From positions 5,631-69,630 of the forward strand of contig JACRHV010000003.1 of assembly GCA_016211945.1 (NCBI GenBank): a stretch of DNA of 64,000 nucleotides, read 5' to 3'. Source of the DNA: Minisyncoccota bacterium. Lineage in GTDB: Bacteria > Patescibacteriota > Microgenomatia > UBA1400 > UBA12028. The position numbers were made by a program, and so were the translations under genes. Positions 28,733 through 38,552 of this stretch are shown here, piece after piece (within the stretch, counting starts at the first letter, position 1; every line of letters begins with the position of its first letter). The notes under the pieces are model-generated. The model searched no databases and was not told the origin of the DNA. It worked only from the letters and a program-made list of their open reading frames with translations.

Positions 28733-29769
28733 AAAAATATAAAGTTTTTTGCTATCAGTGTGGAAAAGAATACCAAGATCAATGGTGGTTATGTCCTGCG
28801 TGCGGGGGAAGTTTAGAGGTTGCGTATGCACAAACATTGGATACACCTCAATTCCCCACTAATATATTTATTGAAAGTTTAGGTGAGGGAAATACTCCAC
28901 TTATTCGTCTTTCAATACTTTCAAAAAAATATTTCTGTGACTTATGGGCAAAATGTGAAATGCAAAATCCAACGGGGTCTTTTAAGGATCGTGGATCGGT
29001 TATTGAGATAGCAAAAGCGTTGGAACTTGGTATGTCAGGTATTGTATGTGCTTCGACTGGAAACATGGCAGCTAGTCTTGCTGCCTATGCTACGCGAATT
29101 GGATTACGATGTATTGTCGTTATCCCAGTAAAAACACCAATTTCAAAACTCCAACAAGCAGTTATTTGCGGAGCAGAACTTATAAAAGTTCAGGGAGCGT
29201 ATGATGAATGCGTCAAGGTTGCAAAAAAAATTGCTCAACAAAAAAAATATTTTCTTTGTGGCGACTATCTTCTACGAAGAGAGGGTCAAAAAACACTTGG
29301 ATGGGAGCTCGCAAATTCTTGTTTTGACGCGTTTATTATCCCCGTCGGAAATGGAAATATAGGTCTTGCCGTAGCAAAAGGGATTTCGGAATTTATTAGG
29401 GAAAAAAATCTACCTCAATTTGTTGGTGTTCAATCAACACAAGTCAATCCTCTTGAAAAAGCTTGGGTGACACGCACAGAAATCTTTCCTGTAAAAAATA
29501 GAAATACTATTGCTTCAGCGTGCAATGTGGGAAATCCGCTTGATGGTGCGTTTACACTCGATGTTGTGAAAAAGACACGTGGTTGTTTTGTTGCAGCAAC
29601 AGATAAGGAAATTCTTACTTCACAAGATTTTCTTGCAAAAAATGAGGGTCTCTATGTTGAAGCAACCGCCGCGTCAACTTTGGCTGGATTTATAAAAATA
29701 CGGAAGCAATTTAGAAATAAAAAAGTCGTACTTATTCTGACTGGTTCGGGACTCAAGGAAAGGAAATAA
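28729..29769 (+). CDS. threonine synthase-like PLP enzyme (fold II) with N-terminal Zn ribbon
   Basis: CYQC..CPAC, LGEGNTPL, NPTGSFKDRG, ASTGN, PVGNG, LTGSGLK; ATGA overlap with hutH. Confidence 0.88.
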   Translation: MKKYKVFCYQCGKEYQDQWWLCPACGGSLEVAYAQTLDTPQFPTNIFIESLGEGNTPLIRLSILSKKYFCDLWAKCEMQNPTGSFKDRGSVIEIAKALELGMSGIVCASTGNMAASLAAYATRIGLRCIVVIPVKTPISKLQQAVICGAELIKVQGAYDECVKVAKKIAQQKKYFLCGDYLLRREGQKTLGWELANSCFDAFIIPVGNGNIGLAVAKGISEFIREKNLPQFVGVQSTQVNPLEKAWVTRTEIFPVKNRNTIASACNVGNPLDGAFTLDVVKKTRGCFVAATDKEILTSQDFLAKNEGLYVEATAASTLAGFIKIRKQFRNKKVVLILTGSGLKERK

Positions 29770-29774
29770 GACAT

Positions 29775-30155
29775 ATGGAAAGGATTATCGTAGCAAAAGG
29801 GCGTGGAAGTGAGAACTGGCAAAAGGAATTATCGAACGATCCCATAGATCGTATATGGAGATTATTAGCAAGCCTTTGGTGGAAACCAGAAAAACGAGAT
29901 AATTCACCGGAGAATATTGAATTCGTCATTACATCTATTGATGACATTATTCAAGGGTTTTCAGAAAAAACTTTATCAAATAGAAGTGAAATGTCTATTG
30001 CAGAAGCATTGCGAAACGGTTCAAAAGTTGACATCTGTTTTGAGTTTTGTAAAACAGGAGAGAGGTGTGGGAATGTATTTATTAGTACAGGATATGAAAC
30101 TCTTTGCTTAAAATGTTCGGGTGAACGGAGTAATAATAAATGGACATCAGAATGA
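29775..30155 (+). CDS. hypothetical protein, Cys-rich C-terminus
   Basis: RBS AAGGAAAGGA; CFEFC..RC..CLKC. Confidence 0.6.
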   Translation: MERIIVAKGRGSENWQKELSNDPIDRIWRLLASLWWKPEKRDNSPENIEFVITSIDDIIQGFSEKTLSNRSEMSIAEALRNGSKVDICFEFCKTGERCGNVFISTGYETLCLKCSGERSNNKWTSE

Positions 30156-30343
30156 AAGACATATTCTTATCAGACAGTGAACGAGGAATCGACCGAACAA
30201 AAATAGCGGCAAATGATTGTGGTCGTTTACAAAACGCGCCCATTCGTGGAAAGATTCCTCGTTGGTGGCTAGAAGAAGGTACTACAGAACAAATAAAGGA
30301 ATGGAAAAGACAACTTGAAGCTGGTGAAGCAACTCTAGAGTAA
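30140..30343 (+). CDS. small hypothetical protein
   Basis: GGAG upstream; overlaps previous ORF. Confidence 0.45.
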   Translation: MDIRMKDIFLSDSERGIDRTKIAANDCGRLQNAPIRGKIPRWWLEEGTTEQIKEWKRQLEAGEATLE

Positions 30344-30380
30344 TAGGAAAAAATTCGATACAATAGCCAAAGGAGATTTT

Positions 30381-31589
30381 ATGTCCAACACCATACCACA
30401 AACACTCAAAGGCTTCCGTGATTTCCTGCCAGAACAAGCAAGAAAACGGCAGTGGCTTCGTGACAAAATTATTGAGGTATTTGAGCTTTGGGGATTCGAC
30501 CCACTTGAAACTCCCACGCTCGAACCGCTGGAGCTTTTTGCTGGTCAAATTGGCGAGGATGAAAAACTCTTTTTCAAGTTCAAGGATTCTGGTGACCGTG
30601 ACGTCGCGTTGCGATATGATCAGACCGTCCCCACCTGCCGAGTGGTTGCGCAGTACTATCAACAACTCACGATGCCGTTCAAGCGGTATCAAATTCAACC
30701 CGCTTTCCGCGCGGAAAAACCGCAAAAAGGTCGGTACCGCGAGTTTGTGCAGTGCGACGCCGATATCTTTGGTGTGGACTCCCCTCTCGCTGACGCGGAG
30801 GTTATCGCACTTGGTTTGGATATCTATCGTCGTCTTGGATTTCCAAAGGCAAAGGTCCTAATCAATGACCGACAACTCCTCAAAGACCTTCCGTACGAGG
30901 CAATTGTCGCAATCGATAAGCTCAAAAAAATCGGCAAAGACGGCGTGATTGAGGAAATGAAAGCAAAAGGAATCGAGGAAAAGACGGCACGCGGCTATCT
31001 CGACACCGTGCTTACGTTGAAGCCAAATGAAACTATTCAAATCATCTTGAATTACCTCAAAAACCAAGGATTCGAGTCTGATTGGTACGAGTTTGATCCC
31101 ACCATTGCGCGCTCATTTTCATACTCATCAGGTCCAATTTGGGAAATTGAGATCCCGGGATTAACTGGTTCGGTTTTGGGAGGTGAACGATTCGATAATC
31201 TTGTAGAAAAAATCGCTGGTTTTCGCGTTGCGGGAACGGGATTTGGACTCGGATTTGATCGTACCTTAGAGGCTGCGGAAGCGTTCAATCTCATTCCCCT
31301 TTCTGCGACAAGCGCACAAGTGTTAGTGACAATTTATTCTCCAGAATATGTGAGTGAAAGCGTAGAAACCACCTTATTTTTGAGGAAAAACGGCGTGCGG
31401 ACTGAGATATATCCAGATGACACGGAAAAACTTGCGAAACAACTGAAGTATGCGAGTAAAAAAGAAATTCCATATGTCATTATTCTCGGTTCTGACGAAA
31501 AAGCACAAAATGTGGTTCAACTCAAAAATATGAAGACTAGCGAACAGAAAAAAATGACAATTGAACAGGTAGTAAAGTTATTTGTGTAA
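30381..31589 (+). CDS. hisS: histidine--tRNA ligase
   Basis: KGFRDFLP, LRYDQTVP, FRAEKPQKGRYREFVQCDAD, GFGLGFDR. Confidence 0.97.
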   Translation: MSNTIPQTLKGFRDFLPEQARKRQWLRDKIIEVFELWGFDPLETPTLEPLELFAGQIGEDEKLFFKFKDSGDRDVALRYDQTVPTCRVVAQYYQQLTMPFKRYQIQPAFRAEKPQKGRYREFVQCDADIFGVDSPLADAEVIALGLDIYRRLGFPKAKVLINDRQLLKDLPYEAIVAIDKLKKIGKDGVIEEMKAKGIEEKTARGYLDTVLTLKPNETIQIILNYLKNQGFESDWYEFDPTIARSFSYSSGPIWEIEIPGLTGSVLGGERFDNLVEKIAGFRVAGTGFGLGFDRTLEAAEAFNLIPLSATSAQVLVTIYSPEYVSESVETTLFLRKNGVRTEIYPDDTEKLAKQLKYASKKEIPYVIILGSDEKAQNVVQLKNMKTSEQKKMTIEQVVKLFV

Positions 31590-31685
31590 CTTTTTTGTCA
31601 ACATTTTTTTCAAGATTCACGTGTACGCTTATTTTCCTCAGATCCCCTTCCTTTCCTCAATTCTTTTCCGTACACTATACCCACA

Positions 31686-32648
31686 ATGAATCGTCTGCCC
31701 GCAAAAACAGTTATTTTTGGAGTAACGGCCGCACTCATTAATGTATTGTGTTGGGGCGCCGCACCCGCAATTATTAAATTTGGTCTTGAAACTGTATCGC
31801 CGACCGTTTTCCTCTACTATCGATTCGTTCTTGTTATTGCACTCACAACTCCTTTTATGTATGCGTTTCGCAAACACATTGCTTCGTCGGTAAAAACTCC
31901 TCAGCATCTTGTTACATTGCTTTTAATCGGCATCCTCACAAACCCATTAAATCTTGGCATTCTTTTTCTCGGTCTTCATTACACAACGTCTGCGTCTGCG
32001 GCTATACTCGCGAGCGTCTCCCCTCTTTTTATCATGGCAGCCAGTGCACTTTTTTTAAAAGAGCGTATTACAAAGTTCGAGCTGCTTGGTGCTGCAATTG
32101 CAACACTAGGAACCTGCATTATCATCCTTGATACGCCAACACAATCAGGAGCAGCGAACCCTCTCCTTGGCAATCTCCTTATCTTTACCTACAACATCGT
32201 CTGGACCGCAGGAGCGCTGTTGATGAAAAAATACGCAACAACATATCATCCGTTCTTATTTGGATACACGGGATGGTTTACCGGCATGATTCTCTTCGGC
32301 CTCATCGTCATGATCACTGAACCATATTTTTTCTTCCGCCCACTCATGCTTACACAACTTCCACAGGCTTTCTTCTCCATTCTCTACATGGCTGTTTTCG
32401 GCTCTATTATCGGATTTACCTCATATCAAGTTGCACAGAAACATCTTTCTGCTTCGAAGGTAAGTATTTTTACCTACCTTCAACCCATCGTTGTTCTTCC
32501 CCTCTCTGTCTTTTGGTTAAAGGAAAAATTTGGTGTTCAGTTCATTCTTGGGGCGATGATCTTGGCTATCGGCGTATGCATTGCTGAGATGCATCAGCGA
32601 TCGAGATTGCGGACACTTCATCATAAACCACACAAAAAGGCGGCATAA
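31686..32648 (+). CDS. EamA/DMT family transporter
   Basis: WG, RF, FLKERIT, YLQP, WLKE; about 10 TMs. Confidence 0.9.
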   Translation: MNRLPAKTVIFGVTAALINVLCWGAAPAIIKFGLETVSPTVFLYYRFVLVIALTTPFMYAFRKHIASSVKTPQHLVTLLLIGILTNPLNLGILFLGLHYTTSASAAILASVSPLFIMAASALFLKERITKFELLGAAIATLGTCIIILDTPTQSGAANPLLGNLLIFTYNIVWTAGALLMKKYATTYHPFLFGYTGWFTGMILFGLIVMITEPYFFFRPLMLTQLPQAFFSILYMAVFGSIIGFTSYQVAQKHLSASKVSIFTYLQPIVVLPLSVFWLKEKFGVQFILGAMILAIGVCIAEMHQRSRLRTLHHKPHKKAA

Positions 32649-32662
32649 GTAACGCCGCCCTT
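32637..32662. terminator. hairpin between convergent genes
   Basis: AAGGCGGC-ATAAGTAAC-GCCGCCCTT. Confidence 0.6.
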
Positions 32663-32682
32663 CTGTTTTAAACTTCTTGGTA

Positions 32683-33099
32683 TTATTTCGCCGATTTCAC
32701 CGAAATTTTCTTCGGCTGTGTTTTTGGTGATTTCACAAATGTGATATGCATCACGCCATTCTTGATCTCAGCCTCCGGCTCCACACTTAGATCTATCTCT
32801 CCAGGGACAGCAACTTGGTATGAAAATGAACTCGATGCTCTCCTGAAGTACTTTTTCCCTTCTTTTTCTTCCTTCACGCCTTCCGCAACGATCCTCAATA
32901 CGCCCTTTTCAAACAAAACGTCAATGTCCTTAGAATAGACTCCTGGAACCGCCGCCTCAACATAAACGTGTTTGTCATCCTCAGCAAGTGATAATCCATT
33001 GGGAACATTGCCCACCAAACCAAAGGCGTCATCATCAAAAAACGAGGACAAACCAAGGCCAGGAAGAGACATAAGAGATCGCGGAATAAAATATGACAT
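32683..33099 (-). CDS. Hsp20/alpha-crystallin small heat shock protein
   Basis: VEAAVPGV..KDIDV, AEIKNGVM, C-terminal ISV; AGGAGG RBS. Confidence 0.93.
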   Translation of the reverse strand: MSYFIPRSLMSLPGLGLSSFFDDDAFGLVGNVPNGLSLAEDDKHVYVEAAVPGVYSKDIDVLFEKGVLRIVAEGVKEEKEGKKYFRRASSSFSYQVAVPGEIDLSVEPEAEIKNGVMHITFVKSPKTQPKKISVKSAK

Positions 33100-33148
33100 A
33101 GCACCTCCTTTATATCTACTAATGTTTTACCATGACGCGTTCACGGTA

Positions 33149-33210
33149 TTGGCACTACATTATCACGAGTGCCAAATCAATGTCAAGCAGTCAGTTAAGG
33201 AGAGTGCTAA
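33149..33210. promoter_or_regulatory. tandem CIRCE elements over the hsp20 promoter
   Basis: TTGGCACTA-N9-GAGTGCCAA (33149-75) and CAAGCAGTC-N9-GAGTGCTAA (33184-210); TTGACA on minus strand at 33186-81. Confidence 0.85.
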
Positions 33211-33518
33211 GATTGTGCTATTGTATAGCCGTGGGAGTTGAGGACAGATATTATATCCAGAATATCCACCGCTCCGCCCAACTCGCCATATCTTTGATCC
33301 TGTGGATCATCCATATTTACAAATTCGATAGTATGATCGTATGTGTTTTCATGTTTATATGGCTTGATTGCGTCATCTAGCTTTATTGCGGTTATCCTAA
33401 ATTTTTTTCCATCTTTTACCACAATTCTACCAACCAAAGCATTCGCTCTTCCTTCTCCCTCTTTTAGGGGTCCAATCACTAGTTCCCCCCCCAGTCGTTC
33501 TCCTTTTTTCCTACTCAT
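33207..33518 (-). CDS. hypothetical protein
   Basis: GGAGG RBS before MSRKKGE. Confidence 0.6.
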   Translation of the reverse strand: MSRKKGERLGGELVIGPLKEGEGRANALVGRIVVKDGKKFRITAIKLDDAIKPYKHENTYDHTIEFVNMDDPQDQRYGELGGAVDILDIISVLNSHGYTIAQS

Positions 33519-33600
33519 ACAACCTCCATCCGGACAGATATACAGTACGTATTGAACTACCATTTGCCAAATTATATCACCTACGATACAATGGCCCCCT

Positions 33601-33915
33601 ATGAAATCCAATGTTCATCCCAAGTGGAACCATGCAACGACTGTTACCTGCGGATGTGGAAACACCTTCCAAACAGGTTCCGTAAAGGACTCCATTCAAG
33701 TAGATGTCTGCTCAGTTTGTCACCCGTTTTACACTGGGGAAAATCGATTCGTTGATACTCAAGGTCGAGTTGACCGTTTTATCACCAAGCGCGCTGCCGC
33801 ACAGCAAAACAGCCAAAAGTCAAAGAAAAAGGCCGATGACAAGAAAAAACAAGACTCTCTTTCTTTCCGAGATATGCTCGAGGCAGAAAAGAAAAAACTT
33901 CCCGTCTCCAACTAG
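33601..33915 (+). CDS. rpmE: 50S ribosomal protein L31, Zn-binding type with C-terminal extension
   Basis: HPKW, CGCG, CSVCHPFYTG, DTQGRVDRF. Confidence 0.97.
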   Translation: MKSNVHPKWNHATTVTCGCGNTFQTGSVKDSIQVDVCSVCHPFYTGENRFVDTQGRVDRFITKRAAAQQNSQKSKKKADDKKKQDSLSFRDMLEAEKKKLPVSN

Positions 33916-33957
33916 AATACTTTGCGAAGACACGCCTTCCTGGACTACAATACGGAT

Positions 33958-34881
33958 ATGAATCCATTTCAGCAACAACTTGATGAAATCCAACAAAAAA
34001 TCGAAGAATACACTCGACTTCTTCAGGACCCAGAGTTATGTATTTTGGCACAAGAAGAACTTCGTAATCTTGAGGATCAGAGAAAAACACTCGAGGACGC
34101 TTTCCGGGCTATGCAGACTGCAAAGGACCGGAATACACAAAACAACCTCTCTTTCTCCAACTGCACCATTGAAATCCGCCCAGGAACCGGTGGTGACGAA
34201 GCGAAAATTTGGTGCATTGATTTGATCCGCATGTACTCACGATATGCTGCCACACGGGGATGGAAAATCGAGGAACTTGACGAAGGCGTCGTTAAGTTTA
34301 TCGCAAAAGATGCTTATGAAACACTTAAGTATGAGGGTGGAGTACATCGCGTTCAGCGCGTCCCCGCCACCGAGGCCCAGGGTCGTATCCACACCTCCAC
34401 CGCGTCCGTCGCGGTCCTACCGGAAATTCCGCAGGCTGTCGTCGATATTAAAGAAGACGATTTGGAATGGCAGTTCACACGCGCTGGTGGTCATGGTGGT
34501 CAGAACGTCAACAAAGTAGCAAGTGCAGTGCGCCTCACCCATCGGCCAACCGGCATTGTAGTCGAGTCCCGTCGTGAGCGTTACCAAGCGCGTAACCGCG
34601 AACTTGCGCTAGAAATTTTACGCGCAAAACTTTGGGAAATCGAGGAAGCGAAACGCGAACAATCTCTTGAAGGATCGCGTTCGGTAATTGGTCGCGCGAT
34701 GCGCGCAGAGAAAATCCGCACCTACAACTACCCACAGAACCGCGTCACTGATCATCGTATCCACAAATCGTGGTACGCATTAGAAACCAATATGGAAGGC
34801 GGACTGCAAGATGTGTTTGACGCAATGAAAGACGAGAAAAATTGGAGTGAACCAGACCACCTGAGTGAAGATGAGGATTGA
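33958..34881 (+). CDS. prfA: peptide chain release factor 1
   Basis: [10 protein letters not shown] (PAT recognition loop), [19 protein letters not shown]. Confidence 0.95.
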   Translation: MNPFQQQLDEIQQKIEEYTRLLQDPELCILAQEELRNLEDQRKTLEDAFRAMQTAKDRNTQNNLSFSNCTIEIRPGTGGDEAKIWCIDLIRMYSRYAATRGWKIEELDEGVVKFIAKDAYETLKYEGGVHRVQRVPATEAQGRIHTSTASVAVLPEIPQAVVDIKEDDLEWQFTRAGGHGGQNVNKVASAVRLTHRPTGIVVESRRERYQARNRELALEILRAKLWEIEEAKREQSLEGSRSVIGRAMRAEKIRTYNYPQNRVTDHRIHKSWYALETNMEGGLQDVFDAMKDEKNWSEPDHLSEDED

Positions 34882-34967
34882 CCTATTTCGCATTCAATTT
34901 GGCGAGTTCGTTAGCAAACGTTTCCTGATGTTCCGATGCCACTCGAAAAACCATGAGAGAAAAATTT

Positions 34968-36131
34968 CTATTCCTTTACCTCTTTTAACTTCACTTGAAT
35001 AATCTTTGTTTCCTTCTCTCTCCACACCTCAATAGCCACGGTGTCACCAATCTTCTTTTGCGCGACTAAACTCGCGAGTCCCCCCTTGAACTCCTTCAGC
35101 ATCTTCCCATCAAACTTTGTAATCATATCTCCCACCTGAACCCCTGCATCTTCCGCGGAACTTCCAGGAACAACATCGACAACATATGCCCCTTCCGGCA
35201 CATCGTTTAAAAGTGCCGTTTCTCGAGGAATCATTCGATATCGGACACCAAAAAAAGGACGGTTGAACTGCCCCGTGCTGTTAAAGGTTGTTAATGTCTC
35301 CTTCAACACATTAATCGGGATGGCAAAACCAATACTTTGCGCCATCTGGGCGGTCGCGACATTTACCCCAATGACTTCACCGGCGTTGTTGATAAGGGGG
35401 CCTCCGGAGTTTCCTGGGTTAATTGCGGCATCGGTTTGAATAACATTATCGAGGCGTTCCGCAAAACCGGACATACCATCACCCGCATCAATACCCCTCC
35501 CCAATCCAGAAATTACCCCCGTTGTGACGGTTTGTCGGAACTGTCCCAATGCCGTACCAATTGCAACCACCGACTGTCCAACTTTTAAGTTTGTTGAGTC
35601 GCCAAGTTTGAGTGGTTCGAGAGGTGCATCTACCTTGAGAATAGCCAAGTCATTGGATGGGTCTCTGTATATCTTCTGCACGTCGTACTCTTTATCGTCT
35701 TTTGTAATAACCTTGTACTTGACATTGCCATCTCCGACAACGTGTTTGTTTGTTGCAATAAGACCATCTTTATCAACGACAAAACCGGTTCCGATGTCTC
35801 GTTTTGTCGTTTGCTGACGTGGTAAATTTGGACTTGAACCTCCAAAATACCCAAAAGGATCGAGGAAAAACATATCACCCCCAACTTCCTGCTTCACCAC
35901 TGAAATTGTCACAACAGAGCCAGCAGCCTTCTCAACAATACGTGTAACATCCGATTCAACACCTTTGTTTCCATCAAACGGTTGCGAAAAAGAGGTTTGT
36001 TCATTTCTTGGAAAAAATCGATCCAATGGTCGAATAATAAAGAGACGATCAGCTATCGCGCCACCAAGCGCAGAGGCACTGATCACCACAAAAACCCCAA
36101 GAAAAAGCATGATAGAAATAACTTTTTTCAT
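34968..36131 (-). CDS. HtrA/DegP serine protease with one PDZ domain
   Basis: TNKHVV, DLAIL, QTDAAINPGNSGGPL. Confidence 0.95.
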   Translation of the reverse strand: MKKVISIMLFLGVFVVISASALGGAIADRLFIIRPLDRFFPRNEQTSFSQPFDGNKGVESDVTRIVEKAAGSVVTISVVKQEVGGDMFFLDPFGYFGGSSPNLPRQQTTKRDIGTGFVVDKDGLIATNKHVVGDGNVKYKVITKDDKEYDVQKIYRDPSNDLAILKVDAPLEPLKLGDSTNLKVGQSVVAIGTALGQFRQTVTTGVISGLGRGIDAGDGMSGFAERLDNVIQTDAAINPGNSGGPLINNAGEVIGVNVATAQMAQSIGFAIPINVLKETLTTFNSTGQFNRPFFGVRYRMIPRETALLNDVPEGAYVVDVVPGSSAEDAGVQVGDMITKFDGKMLKEFKGGLASLVAQKKIGDTVAIEVWREKETKIIQVKLKEVKE

Positions 36132-36142
36132 GTTTCCTCCTT

Positions 36143-37387
36143 TTACAACATCTCGGCAGCTTTTTGGACCGCCTCGTCTATATCTGGAGTATTTTGATCA
36201 TCAACGATTTCAACATCCGGAGAAAGGCCTTTTTCATGGATCCAACTCCCAGATGGCAGTAGCCATTTTGCGATGGTAATATGCAGACCCGCTCCATCCG
36301 GAAGATCGTTTTGCGCGTCTTGAACGGTTCCTTTGCCAAACGTGTTTTCACCTACTAACTTTGCTCCACGACGATCTCGAAGTGCCCCTGCAACAATTTC
36401 TGATGCCGACGCACTTCCTTTATTTGCCAATACCACAACTGGTACTTCTGTCAGTCTCCCCCTGCGCGACACGGTATATGTTTGTTTTTCTACTCGGCCT
36501 TGCTGTGTGACTATTGGACCATTTGGAATGAATTCACTTGCAATATCGATAGCCCCCTGAAGGTAACCTCCCGGATTGTTACGAACGTCAACAATGGCAC
36601 CGGAAACTTTTTTCTTTTGCGTGAGAATGTCGTCTACTATTTTTTTCCATTCATTATCGGTTCGCTCACCAAACCGAGAAAGAATGATGTGCGCGATGTG
36701 TTTTCCATTCTTCTCAACATATTTGAGCTCGACAGATGGAACGATAATGGTGTCCCGCATGAGCTCTTTTTCCTCTGGTTTCCCGCCTTCACGCAAAAAC
36801 GTAAGTTTGACATAGGTTCCCTTGGGGCCACGAATAAGATTTACTGCCTCCGGTAGCGAAATGCCCGTTGTTTCTTTATCGACATTCTTTTTCTCATCTT
36901 TGATGCGCAATATAAAATCACCAGCCTGAACCCCCGCTTTCTCAGCGGAATGCCCTTTGAGCGGGGCAATAACCGCTAACGTTTGGTTCTTATACCCCAA
37001 CTGAATTCCAACCCCATCAAATGCCCCCTGTAAATCCTCTACGCTGCGCTTATGCTCTTCAGGAGGTAAATACATGGTGTATGGATCTCCCAGCGCACTC
37101 GTCATTCCTTGTATGGCTCCGTACACCATCTTTTTTGCATCGAGTTTTTCTGGATCAACGTAGAATGATTCGAGTCTGTTCCACACCTCCCAAAATTGTG
37201 AAAAATCAACCGATGACTCTGATGATGGAACCTTTGTGTTTACCAATCGTTGCGATTGAGGGATCGCGGATACAACACGCGACAACACCGGAATCGTTTG
37301 ACCACTACCAAAACGATATCCTACAACACCACCTAAAAGAATAAGCAAGATACCGACAACAAAAGACTGTACTGTCTGCAGCTTCAT
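36143..37387 (-). CDS. S41 C-terminal processing protease
   Basis: DPYT, DVRNNPGG, SASASEI, TFGKGTVQ. Confidence 0.95.
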   Translation of the reverse strand: MKLQTVQSFVVGILLILLGGVVGYRFGSGQTIPVLSRVVSAIPQSQRLVNTKVPSSESSVDFSQFWEVWNRLESFYVDPEKLDAKKMVYGAIQGMTSALGDPYTMYLPPEEHKRSVEDLQGAFDGVGIQLGYKNQTLAVIAPLKGHSAEKAGVQAGDFILRIKDEKKNVDKETTGISLPEAVNLIRGPKGTYVKLTFLREGGKPEEKELMRDTIIVPSVELKYVEKNGKHIAHIILSRFGERTDNEWKKIVDDILTQKKKVSGAIVDVRNNPGGYLQGAIDIASEFIPNGPIVTQQGRVEKQTYTVSRRGRLTEVPVVVLANKGSASASEIVAGALRDRRGAKLVGENTFGKGTVQDAQNDLPDGAGLHITIAKWLLPSGSWIHEKGLSPDVEIVDDQNTPDIDEAVQKAAEML

Positions 37388-37408
37388 ATGCCGTAAGTGT
37401 ACTACAGG

Positions 37409-37636
37409 TTAGAGTGTCGTGACAAACGGGAGTAGTCCGATGTGACGCGCGCGCTTAATCTGCTTTGCGAGCTCGCGATGCTGCTTTGCGGAAAGCCCAC
37501 TCCGCTCTCTGCTCAAGATGTCTCCGCGTTCCGTCATGAACCGCTTCAGTGTTTCAGCATCTTTATAATCGAAGACAAACTTATCTCCTTTATTCGCGAC
37601 CGGTCGCATCTGGAATGTCATTCTTTGTCGTATCAT
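37409..37636 (-). CDS. rpsR: 30S ribosomal protein S18
   Basis: DYKD..LKRF, IKRAR..LLPF. Confidence 0.95.
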   Translation of the reverse strand: MIRQRMTFQMRPVANKGDKFVFDYKDAETLKRFMTERGDILSRERSGLSAKQHRELAKQIKRARHIGLLPFVTTL

Positions 37637-37658
37637 ATGTGTTACCTTTCACTATGTA

Positions 37659-38192
37659 TTAAAATGGGATGTCGTCACTAATATCTTCAGCAACAACAGG
37701 TTCCACTGAAGGAACTGATTCATCATCACCCTTCTTTGTTTTTTTCGATTTTGATTTTGATACAGGTTGTTGTGCTGGTGCTTGCGTTGCTCCAGAATCA
37801 TCTGTTGGATATGCATATCCTCCAGCATCGCTCTCTCCACTTACAGTTCTTCCTGCAGAATCGAGGAGAATCATGTTCTCCATCACAATCTCTGTGGTTT
37901 GGCGCTTTTGACCGTCTTGTGTTGTCCATTCGCGTGTTTGCAAACGACCTTCCGCAAAAATCTTGCGGCCTTTTTTCAAAAGTTGGCCACAAATCTCGGC
38001 AAGTTTGGACCAGGCAACCAAACGGTGAAACTCAGTTTCCTCATTTCGTTCTCCGCCATCCTGCGTTGTCCAACTGCGGTTTGTCGCCAAACCAATGGTA
38101 CAGACCGCGGTTCCTTGCGGGGTGTATCGCAACTCCGGATCTCTAGTGAGATTTCCAATGAGTAATACTTTATTTAATGAACGACTAGACAT
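37659..38192 (-). CDS. ssb: single-stranded DNA-binding protein
   Basis: NKVLLIGNLTRDPE, C-terminal DDIPF. Confidence 0.97.
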   Translation of the reverse strand: MSSRSLNKVLLIGNLTRDPELRYTPQGTAVCTIGLATNRSWTTQDGGERNEETEFHRLVAWSKLAEICGQLLKKGRKIFAEGRLQTREWTTQDGQKRQTTEIVMENMILLDSAGRTVSGESDAGGYAYPTDDSGATQAPAQQPVSKSKSKKTKKGDDESVPSVEPVVAEDISDDIPF

Positions 38193-38203
38193 ATGGTTCT
38201 CCT

Positions 38204-38497
38204 TTAATCCTGTTCCGTAACGATACACATATGGCGGATTACCCCAGGTGTATGTTTCACAAGCTGCTCCAGTTCTTGTGCTTTTGAGGCGTCGAGCGAG
38301 ATGTAGTATATGACAAATACCGCATCCTCATGTTTCTTGATCTTGTAGGCCAAGAATTTTCGGCCAAGTTCGTCTTTTTTTGAAATTGTCCCACCTGCTG
38401 TGGTGATATAGCCGGACACTGCGTCCTGAGCTTTTTTTAATTCTTCGGAGGTTAACTCCGGAGAGAAAAGCACCGAAAATTCGTATGCTCTCTTCAT
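38204..38497 (-). CDS. rpsF: 30S ribosomal protein S6
   Basis: YE, G..FLAYKIKK, VIRH; rpsF-ssb-rpsR order. Confidence 0.93.
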   Translation of the reverse strand: MKRAYEFSVLFSPELTSEELKKAQDAVSGYITTAGGTISKKDELGRKFLAYKIKKHEDAVFVIYYISLDASKAQELEQLVKHTPGVIRHMCIVTEQD

Positions 38498-38508
38498 ATA
38501 TTCCTTTC

Positions 38509-38552
38509 TAGCTCATAGGTATTGGGTCACATCGCACGCGATGGATGAGCTA
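38509..38552 (-). promoter_or_regulatory. probable S6:S18-binding leader
   Basis: TAGCTCAT/ATGAGCTA stem with inner hairpin and unpaired CCC next to the RBS. Confidence 0.55.
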
